Assembly (NCBI GenBank): GCA_963622735.1
Contig: CAVFIT010000027.1
Coordinates: 1-51,411, forward strand
DNA from: Phocaeicola dorei
GTDB lineage: Bacteria > Bacillota_I > Bacilli_A > RFN20 > CAG-288
Direction of reading: 5' to 3'
Length of the DNA stretch: 51,411 nt
The notes under the pieces were generated by a model. The model was not told where the DNA came from, made no database searches, and saw only the letters and a list, made by a program, of their open reading frames with translations. Of this stretch, positions 16,503 through 25,622 are shown piece after piece. The stretch's first letter is position 1, and every line of letters begins with the position of its first letter. The position numbers and the translations under genes were made by a program.

Positions 16503-19055
16503 ATGTCAGGTGATATTACTTCAGTATCTAAAAAGGAATTAGATAGAAGAAACTTCATCCTGACAGGTAATATATGGAAAGTTGTTTTTACAATCAGCTT
16601 TCCTTTATTTTTATACTCGTTGTTTCAATATCTATATTCGTTTGTAGATGTTTTACTTGCTAACCAAATATCAAAAGAAGCTAGCGATTGTGTATCAATG
16701 ATTTCTCAATTTACTACCATGGTTCAATCTATTGGTGATGGATTAGCTGCAGGTGGTGCTATATTAATAGCTAGAGAAATAGGTAAAAATAATTATAAGA
16801 AAGCTCAAAGCTTATCAAGTACTTTATTTATTTATATTTTCGCAATTACTATATTAACTGATTTGATATTTATTCCTTTTGCTAAGCCTATTATGAGAAT
16901 GAATGGTTTAACAGAAGATTTAATTAATGTAGGGTATAATTACTTTATTATTAATATTGTTAATTCTTCAATTGTTATTGTTAATAGTGTATTTATTGGT
17001 TTACAAAAAGCTAAAGGATCTACTAAAAGTATTTCTTTATTTAACATAATGATTGTTCTTATTAAGATTGGCTTATCTTATTTATTTGTATATGGTCTTA
17101 ATCTTAAAGATACTACTTATATCGCTTTAGCTACATTATGTGCTAATTCTACATTGTTTATAATAATGTTATGTGGATATATGTTTAGAAAATCATATCT
17201 ATTCCACTTTTCGTTTAAAAATGTAGACTTCTCCTTTAAAACAGGCAAAAAAGTAACTCTTATATCATTTCCAATATTCTTAGGTAAGTTCGTATTTAGT
17301 TTTGGTAAAAGTATTATTAATACAATGACTGCTAATAAGTTTCCTAACCAAGGTGTAGTTGGTGCACTAGGTGTATCTAATTCAATAGGTGGAATGGGAA
17401 CTAAAGCTATGTCTAGTATTGAAGACTCAACTAGTAGTATTATTTCTCAAAACATCGGTAATGGTGATTATAAAAGAGCGTTACAAACTTTCTATGTAGG
17501 GTTAGTTTATAATGTGATTTTAGGAGTTGTTGCAGTTATTTTATTAACTGTATTTAATAATCAAATTGTTAGTTTTTATACTCAAAATATAACTGATGCA
17601 GCTAGTAGAGCTGAAAGAGAAGCAATGATTTCTGAAATTTTCTTTTATGAAAAGATGGGGATTATTACTTTAGGAATTAACTCAGCTGTACTTGGTTTAT
17701 TATACGGATTTGGCTATACAAAAATATCAATGGTTATTAATTTGTTAAGAGTATTTGGATTTAGAGTTCCATCATTAATTGCTATGTTTTATATATTTCC
17801 AAACTTTGGAATAGACTATGGTTGGAAAGCTGTAGGTATAGCGATGGGATTTTCAAATATAATGATTGGTATAGTAGCTATAATTGTTGCTATAATAATA
17901 GTAGTAAAAATTAAAAAACAAGAACAAAAAAGAAAGGAACTTCAAACTATGATTGATCAAACTAAAAAAGAGAAAGTAGAAAAGTTTATTAAAAACTATT
18001 TAAATGAATTTACTTTCTACAAAAAAGAAAAGAACATTAAATGGTGTTATGAAGATGGTATTGTATTAAATGGTGCAATGCAGCTTTATAAAACTACTAA
18101 AGATAAGTTCTACTTAGACTTTGTAGTAAATCATTTTGATCAATGTATTCAAGATGATGGTACAATTTTAACTTATTCCCCTGAAGAAAAGAACATTGAT
18201 AATGTAGAAGAAGGTATGTCTTTATTCTTACTTAATCAAATTAAGCATGAAGATAAATATGATAAAGCTTTAAAATTATTAGAATATCAATTAACAATCA
18301 TGCCTAGAACTAAATCAGGTTCTTTCTGGCATAAAGATATCTATCCAAATCAAATCTGGTTAGATGGTTTATATATGGGAATGCCATTTTATGCAAGTGT
18401 TACTTGTAGAGATCATTCTATTAAACAAAAAGATGATATTATTAACCAATTTAAAAATGTTGAAAAATATAATTATGAACCTAGCTTAAATTCATTTATG
18501 CATTGTTATGATGAGACAAAATCTATGCAATGGGCTAGTAAAGAAACTGGTAGATCTCCAAATGTTTGGTTAAGATCAGTAGGGTGGCTAGGTATGGCTA
18601 GTAGTGATGTTTATGAAATTTTTAAAGAAGGTGGATTTAGTTTATCTAAACGTTATTTAAAAGGTTTCTTACAAAAAGTCATCTCTACTATTGAACCATT
18701 AGAAGATAAAAAGACTCATTTATTCTATGATTTACCTTTATTACCTAATCAAGAAGGTAACTATTTAGAAACTAGTGGCTCTTTAATGATTGCATACGCT
18801 TATTTAAAAGGTGCTAGATTAAAGATGCTTGATTCTAGCGCAAGTAAAAAAGGTAGTGTCATTTTAGAAAGTGTTATTGATAACTATTTAACTGAAACAG
18901 AACTTAAAAACGTTTGTAAAGTATCTGGCCTTGATGGAAAGAAGAGAAATGGTAGTGTTGAATACTATCTTTCTGAAGAAGTTTGCTCTAACGATTCAAA
19001 AGGTGTTGCACCTTTAATGATGGCTTATAGTGAATATTTAAAGGCATGTAAGTAA
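16503..19055 (+). CDS. Fusion ORF: MATE-type 12-TM domain (aa 1 to about 470) plus unsaturated rhamnogalacturonyl/glucuronyl hydrolase domain (GH105/GH88 fold, aa 483-850)
   Basis: The N-terminal half is MATE-like. The C-terminal half has WCYEDGIVLNGA, IWLDGLYMGMPFYA, WLRSVGWLGMA and ETSGSLMIAYAYLKG. There is no stop between them in this sequence. Confidence 0.75.
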   Translation: MSGDITSVSKKELDRRNFILTGNIWKVVFTISFPLFLYSLFQYLYSFVDVLLANQISKEASDCVSMISQFTTMVQSIGDGLAAGGAILIAREIGKNNYKKAQSLSSTLFIYIFAITILTDLIFIPFAKPIMRMNGLTEDLINVGYNYFIINIVNSSIVIVNSVFIGLQKAKGSTKSISLFNIMIVLIKIGLSYLFVYGLNLKDTTYIALATLCANSTLFIIMLCGYMFRKSYLFHFSFKNVDFSFKTGKKVTLISFPIFLGKFVFSFGKSIINTMTANKFPNQGVVGALGVSNSIGGMGTKAMSSIEDSTSSIISQNIGNGDYKRALQTFYVGLVYNVILGVVAVILLTVFNNQIVSFYTQNITDAASRAEREAMISEIFFYEKMGIITLGINSAVLGLLYGFGYTKISMVINLLRVFGFRVPSLIAMFYIFPNFGIDYGWKAVGIAMGFSNIMIGIVAIIVAIIIVVKIKKQEQKRKELQTMIDQTKKEKVEKFIKNYLNEFTFYKKEKNIKWCYEDGIVLNGAMQLYKTTKDKFYLDFVVNHFDQCIQDDGTILTYSPEEKNIDNVEEGMSLFLLNQIKHEDKYDKALKLLEYQLTIMPRTKSGSFWHKDIYPNQIWLDGLYMGMPFYASVTCRDHSIKQKDDIINQFKNVEKYNYEPSLNSFMHCYDETKSMQWASKETGRSPNVWLRSVGWLGMASSDVYEIFKEGGFSLSKRYLKGFLQKVISTIEPLEDKKTHLFYDLPLLPNQEGNYLETSGSLMIAYAYLKGARLKMLDSSASKKGSVILESVIDNYLTETELKNVCKVSGLDGKKRNGSVEYYLSEEVCSNDSKGVAPLMMAYSEYLKACK

Positions 19056-19132
19056 AATAGTTAGTTGACTAACTAAATTTGGTGTATACTATTATTGTTA
19101 AGTAATTATAGAAAGGAAACAAAAAAATAATT

Positions 19133-20617
19133 ATGTCTGAACAATTACCTATCTTAAATTCTAAAATCCATGAAAAGAAGAAAGCTCCTATTAAAATTTT
19201 ACAATTTGGAGAAGGAAACTTCTTAAGAGCTTTTATTGACTGGATGATTCAACAATTAAACGATCGTACATCCTATAATGGACATGTATGTGTAGTTCAA
19301 CCTTTACCTGGTGGAAGAATTAAAGAATTAGCCGACCAAGATGGCTTATATACAGTTATCTTACAAGGTATTAATGAAGAAGGAAAAGCTGTTAAAACTC
19401 ATCAAGTTATCGATGTATTAGATGATTTTGTTAATCCTTATGCCGATTATGAAAAATATTTAAAATATGGTGAATCAAAGGATTTAGAAGTTATTATTTC
19501 TAATACTACAGAAGCTGGTATTTCTTTTGATGAAGCTGATTTAACTAATGATTTAGCTCATACTGCTCCTAGTTCTTATCCTGGTAAATTATATGCCTTA
19601 CTTGAAAGAAGATATCAAGTTTTAGGTAAAAAAGGTGAAATCGCTATTATGCCTTGTGAATTAATTGATGATAATGGTGATAAATTAAAAGAAGTCTTAT
19701 TAAAGATTGCTCATGGTAGAAAAGCCGATGCAGGTTTTGTTGATTTTATTGAACATTCTTGCCATTTCACATCTTCATTAGTTGATAGAATCGTTCCTGG
19801 TTTCCCTAGAGATGAATTCTCTTCATTATGTGAACAATATGGCTATGTTGATAACAACATGGTTAAAGGTGAATATTTTAATCTCTTAGTTTATAGAAAA
19901 GAAAGTTTCTGTGAAAAGGTCTTCCCATTACATCAAATCGGTGAACCTGTTCATTGTATCTATGTAGATGATGTTCATCCTTATAAACAAAGAAAAGTTA
20001 GATGCTTAAATGGTACTCATTCTTCTATGGTTCCTGTTAGCTATTTAGCAGGTATTAATGAAGTTAAAGAATCTTTAGAAGATGAAGTAATTGGAGAATT
20101 TGTCAAACATGAATTATTTGATGAAATTGTTCCTACAGTTAAAGTTAAAGATGTTGATCAATTTGCTAAAGATGTATTCAAACGTTTCTTAAATCCTTAT
20201 GTTCATCACTTATTAATGTCTATCGCTTTAAATTCTATTCCTAAGTTTAAAGAAAGAGACTTACCTACAATTATTGATTCTTATAATAAAAATGGTGTCT
20301 GGCCTAAACATTTAATGTTTGCTATGGCTAGCTTAATTAAATTCTACAAAGGTTATAGAATTGTTGATGGTAAAAAAGAAGAAATCAAATTAGCTGATTC
20401 AGCTGAAAACATCGCTTTCTTTAAAGGCGTTTGGGATAAATATGATGCTAGTAAAGATGTTAAAGCTTTAACTCATGAAGTTTTATCTAATACATCTTTA
20501 TGGGATCAAGATTTAACCAAATTAGCTGGTTTTGAAGATGTTATTTGTAAAGATTTAGAAATTGTTATTGCTGGTGAAGCTGATTTCAAAAATACTGTTA
20601 AAAATTTTATTAAGTAA
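19133..20617 (+). CDS. uxaB: Tagaturonate reductase (altronate oxidoreductase)
   Basis: ILQFGEGNFLRAFIDWMI N-terminus; mannitol dehydrogenase family length (494 aa). Confidence 0.85.
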   Translation: MSEQLPILNSKIHEKKKAPIKILQFGEGNFLRAFIDWMIQQLNDRTSYNGHVCVVQPLPGGRIKELADQDGLYTVILQGINEEGKAVKTHQVIDVLDDFVNPYADYEKYLKYGESKDLEVIISNTTEAGISFDEADLTNDLAHTAPSSYPGKLYALLERRYQVLGKKGEIAIMPCELIDDNGDKLKEVLLKIAHGRKADAGFVDFIEHSCHFTSSLVDRIVPGFPRDEFSSLCEQYGYVDNNMVKGEYFNLLVYRKESFCEKVFPLHQIGEPVHCIYVDDVHPYKQRKVRCLNGTHSSMVPVSYLAGINEVKESLEDEVIGEFVKHELFDEIVPTVKVKDVDQFAKDVFKRFLNPYVHHLLMSIALNSIPKFKERDLPTIIDSYNKNGVWPKHLMFAMASLIKFYKGYRIVDGKKEEIKLADSAENIAFFKGVWDKYDASKDVKALTHEVLSNTSLWDQDLTKLAGFEDVICKDLEIVIAGEADFKNTVKNFIK

Positions 20618-20622
20618 TTATT

Positions 20623-22092
20623 ATGAAAGACGTAATTTTAATTAATAAAAATGATGATGTTTATATCGCCCTTCACGATTTAAAAAAGGGCGATGTAATT
20701 GAAGAAGGTATCGTTTTAAACGAAGATATCAAGCAAGCTCATAAAATTGCTAGAACCGATCTTAAAAAAGGCCATAAAGTAGTTAAATATGGTGAAGTAA
20801 TTGGTCAACTTACTTGTGATGTAAAAAAAGGTAGTTGGATCCATTCTCATAATATGGTTACTACATTAAATGAGTCTCCTACCTATTCTTATAATAAATA
20901 TATTCCTGAAAATGAAAAAGCTAGTAAGAAAACATTTATGGGATATGTTAGAAAAGATGGTAGAGTTGGTATAAGAAATGATTTATATATTATTCCTACT
21001 GTAGGATGTGTTAATTCAATTATTTCTCAAATTAAATTAAAGTTTATTCTTAAACATCCAGAAATGGAACAAGCTGTTAAAATCGCTACACATCCTTATG
21101 GTTGTAGTCAACTTGGTGATGACTTTGATATTACTAGATTAATATTACAAGGTATTGCTTGTAATCCTAATGCTGGTGGTGTATTAGTTGTCGGTTTAGG
21201 TTGTGAAAATAACCGTTTAAAAGACTTTATGGATTCAATGCCAGCTCATGATAGTTCAAGAGTTATTTCTTATCAATCTCAAGATGTTACTAATGAAATT
21301 GAATATGGAGTTAGTCAACTTGAAAAGCTCTATGAAATTTGTAAACAAGATAAAAGAGTTGAATGTGGCTTAGATAAACTAGTCTTAGGCTTAAAATGTG
21401 GTGGTTCTGATGGTTTTTCAGGAATCACTGCTAACCCTTTACTTGGTAGAGTTTCTGAAATTGTTGGAGCTAGTGGTGGTAAAGTTTTACTTACTGAAGT
21501 TCCTGAAATGTTTGGGGCTGAACAATTATTAATGAATAGAGCTAAAGATGAGACTGAATTTAAAAAAGTCGTCGCTTTAATTGAAAATTTCAAAGCTTAT
21601 TATGCTAGAAATAATCAAGTTTGTTATGAAAATCCATCCCCTGGAAATAAAGATGGTGGAATTACTACATTAGAAGAAAAATCATTAGGCTGTATTCAAA
21701 AAGCTGGCCATATGGAAGTAGAAGATACTTTAGATTATGGTGATAGAGTAAAAGTTAATGGTTTATCTTTAGTAAATGGTCCTGGTAATGATATTGTTGC
21801 TGGTACTAATGTTGCTGCAAGTGGAGCTACTATTTTATGTTTTACAACTGGTAGAGGTACTCCATATGGATCAATTATTCCTACAGTTAAGATTGCTACA
21901 AATCATAAGTTAGCAAATTTCAAACCTGATTGGATTGATTTTGATTCTCAAGTAGTATTTGAAGAAGGCTTTGAAAAAGCTGCTGAACAATTATTAGACT
22001 ATATCTTAGATATTTGTTCAGGCAAGCCTACAAAAGCTGATATCAATGGTAATTTACAAATCGCTATATTTAAACAAGGTGTCACTTTATAA
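20623..22092 (+). CDS. uxaA: Altronate dehydratase
   Basis: N-terminal SAF-like domain plus UxaA core (GLGCEN, GGSDGFSGITANP); 489 aa. Confidence 0.85.
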   Translation: MKDVILINKNDDVYIALHDLKKGDVIEEGIVLNEDIKQAHKIARTDLKKGHKVVKYGEVIGQLTCDVKKGSWIHSHNMVTTLNESPTYSYNKYIPENEKASKKTFMGYVRKDGRVGIRNDLYIIPTVGCVNSIISQIKLKFILKHPEMEQAVKIATHPYGCSQLGDDFDITRLILQGIACNPNAGGVLVVGLGCENNRLKDFMDSMPAHDSSRVISYQSQDVTNEIEYGVSQLEKLYEICKQDKRVECGLDKLVLGLKCGGSDGFSGITANPLLGRVSEIVGASGGKVLLTEVPEMFGAEQLLMNRAKDETEFKKVVALIENFKAYYARNNQVCYENPSPGNKDGGITTLEEKSLGCIQKAGHMEVEDTLDYGDRVKVNGLSLVNGPGNDIVAGTNVAASGATILCFTTGRGTPYGSIIPTVKIATNHKLANFKPDWIDFDSQVVFEEGFEKAAEQLLDYILDICSGKPTKADINGNLQIAIFKQGVTL

Positions 22093-22110
22093 TTAAGGAG
22101 AAAAATAAAA

Positions 22111-23526
22111 ATGAGTGAATTTTTAGGTAAAGATTTCTTATTAGATAATGATGTTAGTAAGAAATTATATAATGAACATGCTGCAAAGATGCCAATTTTT
22201 GATTTCCATTGTCATCTTGTTCCAAAACAAATCTATGAAGATTACAAATTCAAAAACATCACTGAAGCTTGGTTAGGTGCTAACCACTATGGTGATCACT
22301 ATAAATGGAGATTACTTAGAGAATTTGGTGTACCTGAAGAATATATTACAGGTGATAAAGACGACAGAGAAAGATTTAATAAATTCGCTGAAGTCATGCC
22401 TTATATGGTAGGTAACCCAATTTATATTTGGACTCACTTTGAATTACAAAAATATTTTGGTATTACAAAACCTTTATCTCCTGCTACAGCTGATGAAATT
22501 TGGAATACATGTAATGAAAAGTTAAAAACATTAACAGCAAGAGAAATGATGTATTTAAATAACGTCGATACAGTTTATACAACTGATGATCCTGTTGATG
22601 ATTTACATTATCATGAATTAATGGCTAAAGATCCTACATTAAAGGTTCATGTTTTCCCAGCTTGGAGACCTGATAAAGCTTTAAATGTTGAAAGAGATAC
22701 ATTTATTCCTTGGATTAATCAATTAGAAAAAGTTTTAAATAGAAAACTTTCTTCTTTACAAGATTTATTAGATGGCTTAGATGAAAGATTAAAGTTCTTT
22801 GTTGATCATGGATGCTGTGCTACTGATCACGCCTTAGATATAGTTTGTTATAAAAAGGGAACTACATATGAACAAGCCAATGCAGTTTATTTAAAAGGTA
22901 TTAAAGGTGAAGTTATCACTGATGAAGATCAAGATATGTATAAAGGCTTTGTCATGGCTCATTTAGGTAGACAATACCATAAATATAACTTAGTACAAGA
23001 AATTCATATTGGTGCTTTAAGAAATAACTCTTCAAGAATGTATAGTAAACTTGGTGCTGATACTGGTTATGATGCAGTTTTAGATGCACCTGTTAGTGTT
23101 CGTTTATCTCAATTATTAGATGATTTAGATTCTACAAACGAATTACCTAAGACAATCTTATTTACATTAAATAGTTCAGATTATCCTGCATTAGTTAACT
23201 TAAAGAATTGCTTCCAAGGTGGAATGAAAGGTAAGATTCAACTTGGTACAGCATGGTGGTTTGAAGATCATATCTATGGTATGCAAAAACAAATCTCTTT
23301 CTTAAATAACGGTGGTTTATTATCTTGCTTTGTTGGTATGTTAACTGACTCTAGATCTTTCTTATCTTATCCTAGACATGATTTATTTAGAAGAATCTTA
23401 TGTGGATATTTAGGTGATTTAGTTGAAAAAGGTATGTATCCTTCTTCTAAAGAAGATATTGAATTCTTAGGAAAGATTGTTGAAGATATTTCTTATAACA
23501 ACGCTAAAGCCTATTTCAAAAGATAA
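22111..23526 (+). CDS. uxaC: Glucuronate (uronate) isomerase
   Basis: FLGKDFLL...MPIFDFHCHL N-terminus; 471 aa. Confidence 0.9.
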   Translation: MSEFLGKDFLLDNDVSKKLYNEHAAKMPIFDFHCHLVPKQIYEDYKFKNITEAWLGANHYGDHYKWRLLREFGVPEEYITGDKDDRERFNKFAEVMPYMVGNPIYIWTHFELQKYFGITKPLSPATADEIWNTCNEKLKTLTAREMMYLNNVDTVYTTDDPVDDLHYHELMAKDPTLKVHVFPAWRPDKALNVERDTFIPWINQLEKVLNRKLSSLQDLLDGLDERLKFFVDHGCCATDHALDIVCYKKGTTYEQANAVYLKGIKGEVITDEDQDMYKGFVMAHLGRQYHKYNLVQEIHIGALRNNSSRMYSKLGADTGYDAVLDAPVSVRLSQLLDDLDSTNELPKTILFTLNSSDYPALVNLKNCFQGGMKGKIQLGTAWWFEDHIYGMQKQISFLNNGGLLSCFVGMLTDSRSFLSYPRHDLFRRILCGYLGDLVEKGMYPSSKEDIEFLGKIVEDISYNNAKAYFKR

Positions 23527-23540
23527 TTAATTAAAAATTA

Positions 23541-23570
23541 AAATGACTTAGAATTAAATCTAGGTCATTT
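23541..23570. terminator. Bidirectional terminator between uxaC and the pectinesterase gene
   Basis: AAATGACTTAG / CTAGGTCATTT inverted repeat (one mismatch), flanked by A- and T-runs. Confidence 0.65.
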
Positions 23571-24505
23571 TATTTGTATTTTTTAATACATTCTTTATAA
23601 ATAGCAGGTATTTTATTTATTTGAGTAGACCATTCTACTCTATTTTTATTACTTGGATATTCTACAAAACGGGAAGTTAAATATCTTATAGATGATTTAT
23701 CCCAGTTATTAAAGCCTAATGAGTTAATATGATTACCATAATTACATTTAATAAATACTGATTTTCCAAAGTCTCTCCAAGGTCTACCTAGGTATACTCT
23801 TTGTTGAGGTATTGTTAAGGAAGTGAAATCACATTTATAAAACATAAATCCAAATTCATTTTTTAAGGAGTGGCCAGGAGCAGTAACATGAGATATAGAA
23901 TAAGACATATCTTCAATAGAGTCTATTTGACATTTATTAAAATATGCATCTCCTGCACCGAAGATAAAATCATTAGTACCTTGAATATAGCAGTTTTTAA
24001 AATATGTAAAACAGGTGCCTTGTTTATAACGTTCATCATCAGGTATAAAGTCTATATAACGTAAGACTAAATCATCAGGTAAAGGACCTATAAATAAAGT
24101 GTCTAGCATCGATTTAATTGTACATTTAATAAAATGATTGTTATTACCATATACACCTAGTGCGACTTGTTGTCCTTTTTTATATGGGTTAATTGAATCG
24201 TTAATTACAGTGATGTTTGTAAATGTGTTATTATCACCTGTAATTTTTAAACTAGCAGTTCTCCATGTGGAATTTTCTTTTCCATCCTCATTTTGCTGTC
24301 TAGCGTATTTACTACCGATTAATTTAACTTCTTTTATTCCGATAATATCAAAATTAGAGTAAGTAAATTTAATATTACCTTTAATAGTAGATGGTTTGAT
24401 TTTAATTGTATATCTGTTGGTTTTATCTACTTTTCTAATTTGTTTACAAATTGAATTTAGTTTAGATATATCTTCTATTGTATAAATGAATTTATTTTTG
24501 TTCAT
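23570..24505 (-). CDS. Pectinesterase (CE8), cytoplasmic
   Basis: QQVALGV, GTNDFIFG and YLGRPW motifs; no signal peptide. Confidence 0.85.
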   Translation of the reverse strand: MNKNKFIYTIEDISKLNSICKQIRKVDKTNRYTIKIKPSTIKGNIKFTYSNFDIIGIKEVKLIGSKYARQQNEDGKENSTWRTASLKITGDNNTFTNITVINDSINPYKKGQQVALGVYGNNNHFIKCTIKSMLDTLFIGPLPDDLVLRYIDFIPDDERYKQGTCFTYFKNCYIQGTNDFIFGAGDAYFNKCQIDSIEDMSYSISHVTAPGHSLKNEFGFMFYKCDFTSLTIPQQRVYLGRPWRDFGKSVFIKCNYGNHINSLGFNNWDKSSIRYLTSRFVEYPSNKNRVEWSTQINKIPAIYKECIKKYK

Positions 24506-24563
24506 AATTTTTATCTTTTTTATTTTATAATAATATTGTAAATAGTTAAAGGAAAATAGTTAT

Positions 24564-25397
24564 ATGAAATTTAAATATGGTATTAGAGGTCATGATTTAG
24601 TTACTAAATCTAATGTTGAAGAACTTGTAGTTCAATTAAAAAAGTATGAAATTGATTATATTCAATTAGTATTTCCTAAAACATTTGAAAATTATTCTTA
24701 TTCATTAGACTATGTTAATCATGTAAAAGATGTATTAGAATCTAACAATATTAAAATAGCGATGCTTGGAGCTTATTTTAATCCTGTTCATTCAGATGTT
24801 AATGTTGTCAATAAAGGAATTAGTAATTTTAAATCTAATTTAGATATTATGAATATATTAAATGCTAATTTTGTAGGTTCTGAAACAGGATCTTTTAATG
24901 ATTCACCTTGGATATATGTTCCTAAAAATAGAACTGAAGAAGGATATCAACAATCTAAAAAAGTATTTCAAGAATTAGTTGAATATGCTAAAAAAGTAAA
25001 TGGTAATGTAATTATTGAACCTGCTTTTGGTCATGTTATGTATTCTGTTAGTTGTTTAAAAAGATTAGTAGATGAATTAAATAGTCCTAATGTTTTTGTT
25101 ACTATTGATTTATATAATTTATTAGATGTGTCTAATTTTGATAAAAGAGATGAAATATTTTTAGACGCTATGAAGACATTTAATTCTAAAATTAAAATAA
25201 TTCATTTAAAAGATGGTGATATAGTAGATAATAAATTAGTTCAATTAGCACCTGGTAAAGGTAAGTTTAATTATCCTTATATGTTAGATCTTATAAGCAA
25301 GTATTGTCCTGATGCTACACTAGTATTTGAAGGGGTTAAAGTAGAAGATTTATCCTTTTCAAAAGAACATTTAAAAAATATAGAAAAAAATATTTAA
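24564..25397 (+). CDS. Sugar phosphate isomerase/epimerase (xylose isomerase-like TIM barrel)
   Basis: 277 aa with a general AP-endonuclease-2/TIM-barrel pattern (IHLKD, VFEG). Specific function not recognisable. Confidence 0.6.
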   Translation: MKFKYGIRGHDLVTKSNVEELVVQLKKYEIDYIQLVFPKTFENYSYSLDYVNHVKDVLESNNIKIAMLGAYFNPVHSDVNVVNKGISNFKSNLDIMNILNANFVGSETGSFNDSPWIYVPKNRTEEGYQQSKKVFQELVEYAKKVNGNVIIEPAFGHVMYSVSCLKRLVDELNSPNVFVTIDLYNLLDVSNFDKRDEIFLDAMKTFNSKIKIIHLKDGDIVDNKLVQLAPGKGKFNYPYMLDLISKYCPDATLVFEGVKVEDLSFSKEHLKNIEKNI

Positions 25398-25414
25398 ATG
25401 AAAATATTTTCATA

Positions 25415-25428
25415 TAAAAGCGCTTTTA
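25415..25428. promoter_or_regulatory. Perfect 14-bp palindrome TAAAAGCGCTTTTA (LacI/CcpA-type operator-like)
   Basis: Self-complementary with a central GCGC; differs from the cre core TGAAAGCGCTTTCA at two symmetric positions. Confidence 0.35.
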
Positions 25429-25448
25429 CTAAAAAACGTTAAGAAAAT

Positions 25449-25471
25449 GCCTTAGTGATAAGGCTTTTTTA
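25449..25471 (+). terminator. Rho-independent terminator
   Basis: GCCTTA / GTGA / TAAGGC followed by T6. Confidence 0.75.
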
Positions 25472-25474
25472 TTT

Positions 25475-25488
25475 TGTAAACGATTACA
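25475..25488. promoter_or_regulatory. cre-like site, full match to TGWAANCGNTNWCA
   Basis: TGTAAACGATTACA, about 50 nt upstream of the -35 of the ABC operon promoter. Confidence 0.5.
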
Positions 25489-25537
25489 TTTAAGTGCTTA
25501 CAGCACAAAAAATATGTGTTTTTTGCATAAAAAAATG

Positions 25538-25566
25538 TTGCAAAATGTAAGCCCTTTAGTTATATT
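25538..25566 (+). promoter_or_regulatory. Sigma-A type promoter of the ABC importer operon
   Basis: TTGCAA (25538-25543), 17-nt spacer, TATATT (25561-25566). Confidence 0.5.
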
Positions 25567-25622
25567 AATTATGTATCAAAAAAGCTTTTGCGTCTTTTTT
25601 GTATCACTAGAAAGCGGAAGAG

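Noticed and set aside
19058-19090. TAGTTAG-TTGA-CTAACTA palindrome overlapping TTGACT upstream of uxaB, considered as promoter plus operator
   Set aside because: The best -10 (TATACT) is only 14 nt from the -35, so the promoter assignment is weak. The 7-bp palindrome alone is not convincing.
25494-25506. Recurring GTGC-N-GCAC-like motif: GTGCTTACAGCAC at 25494, ATGCTATAAGCAC at 36538, GTGCTTAGTGCAT at 15266 and TGTGCGTTTGCACA near 2497. Considered as a locus-specific operator
   Set aside because: The copies are short and not consistent in symmetry. At least two can be read as extended -10 elements (TGcTATAAG, TGcATAAT). Chance occurrence cannot be excluded without a genome-wide count.
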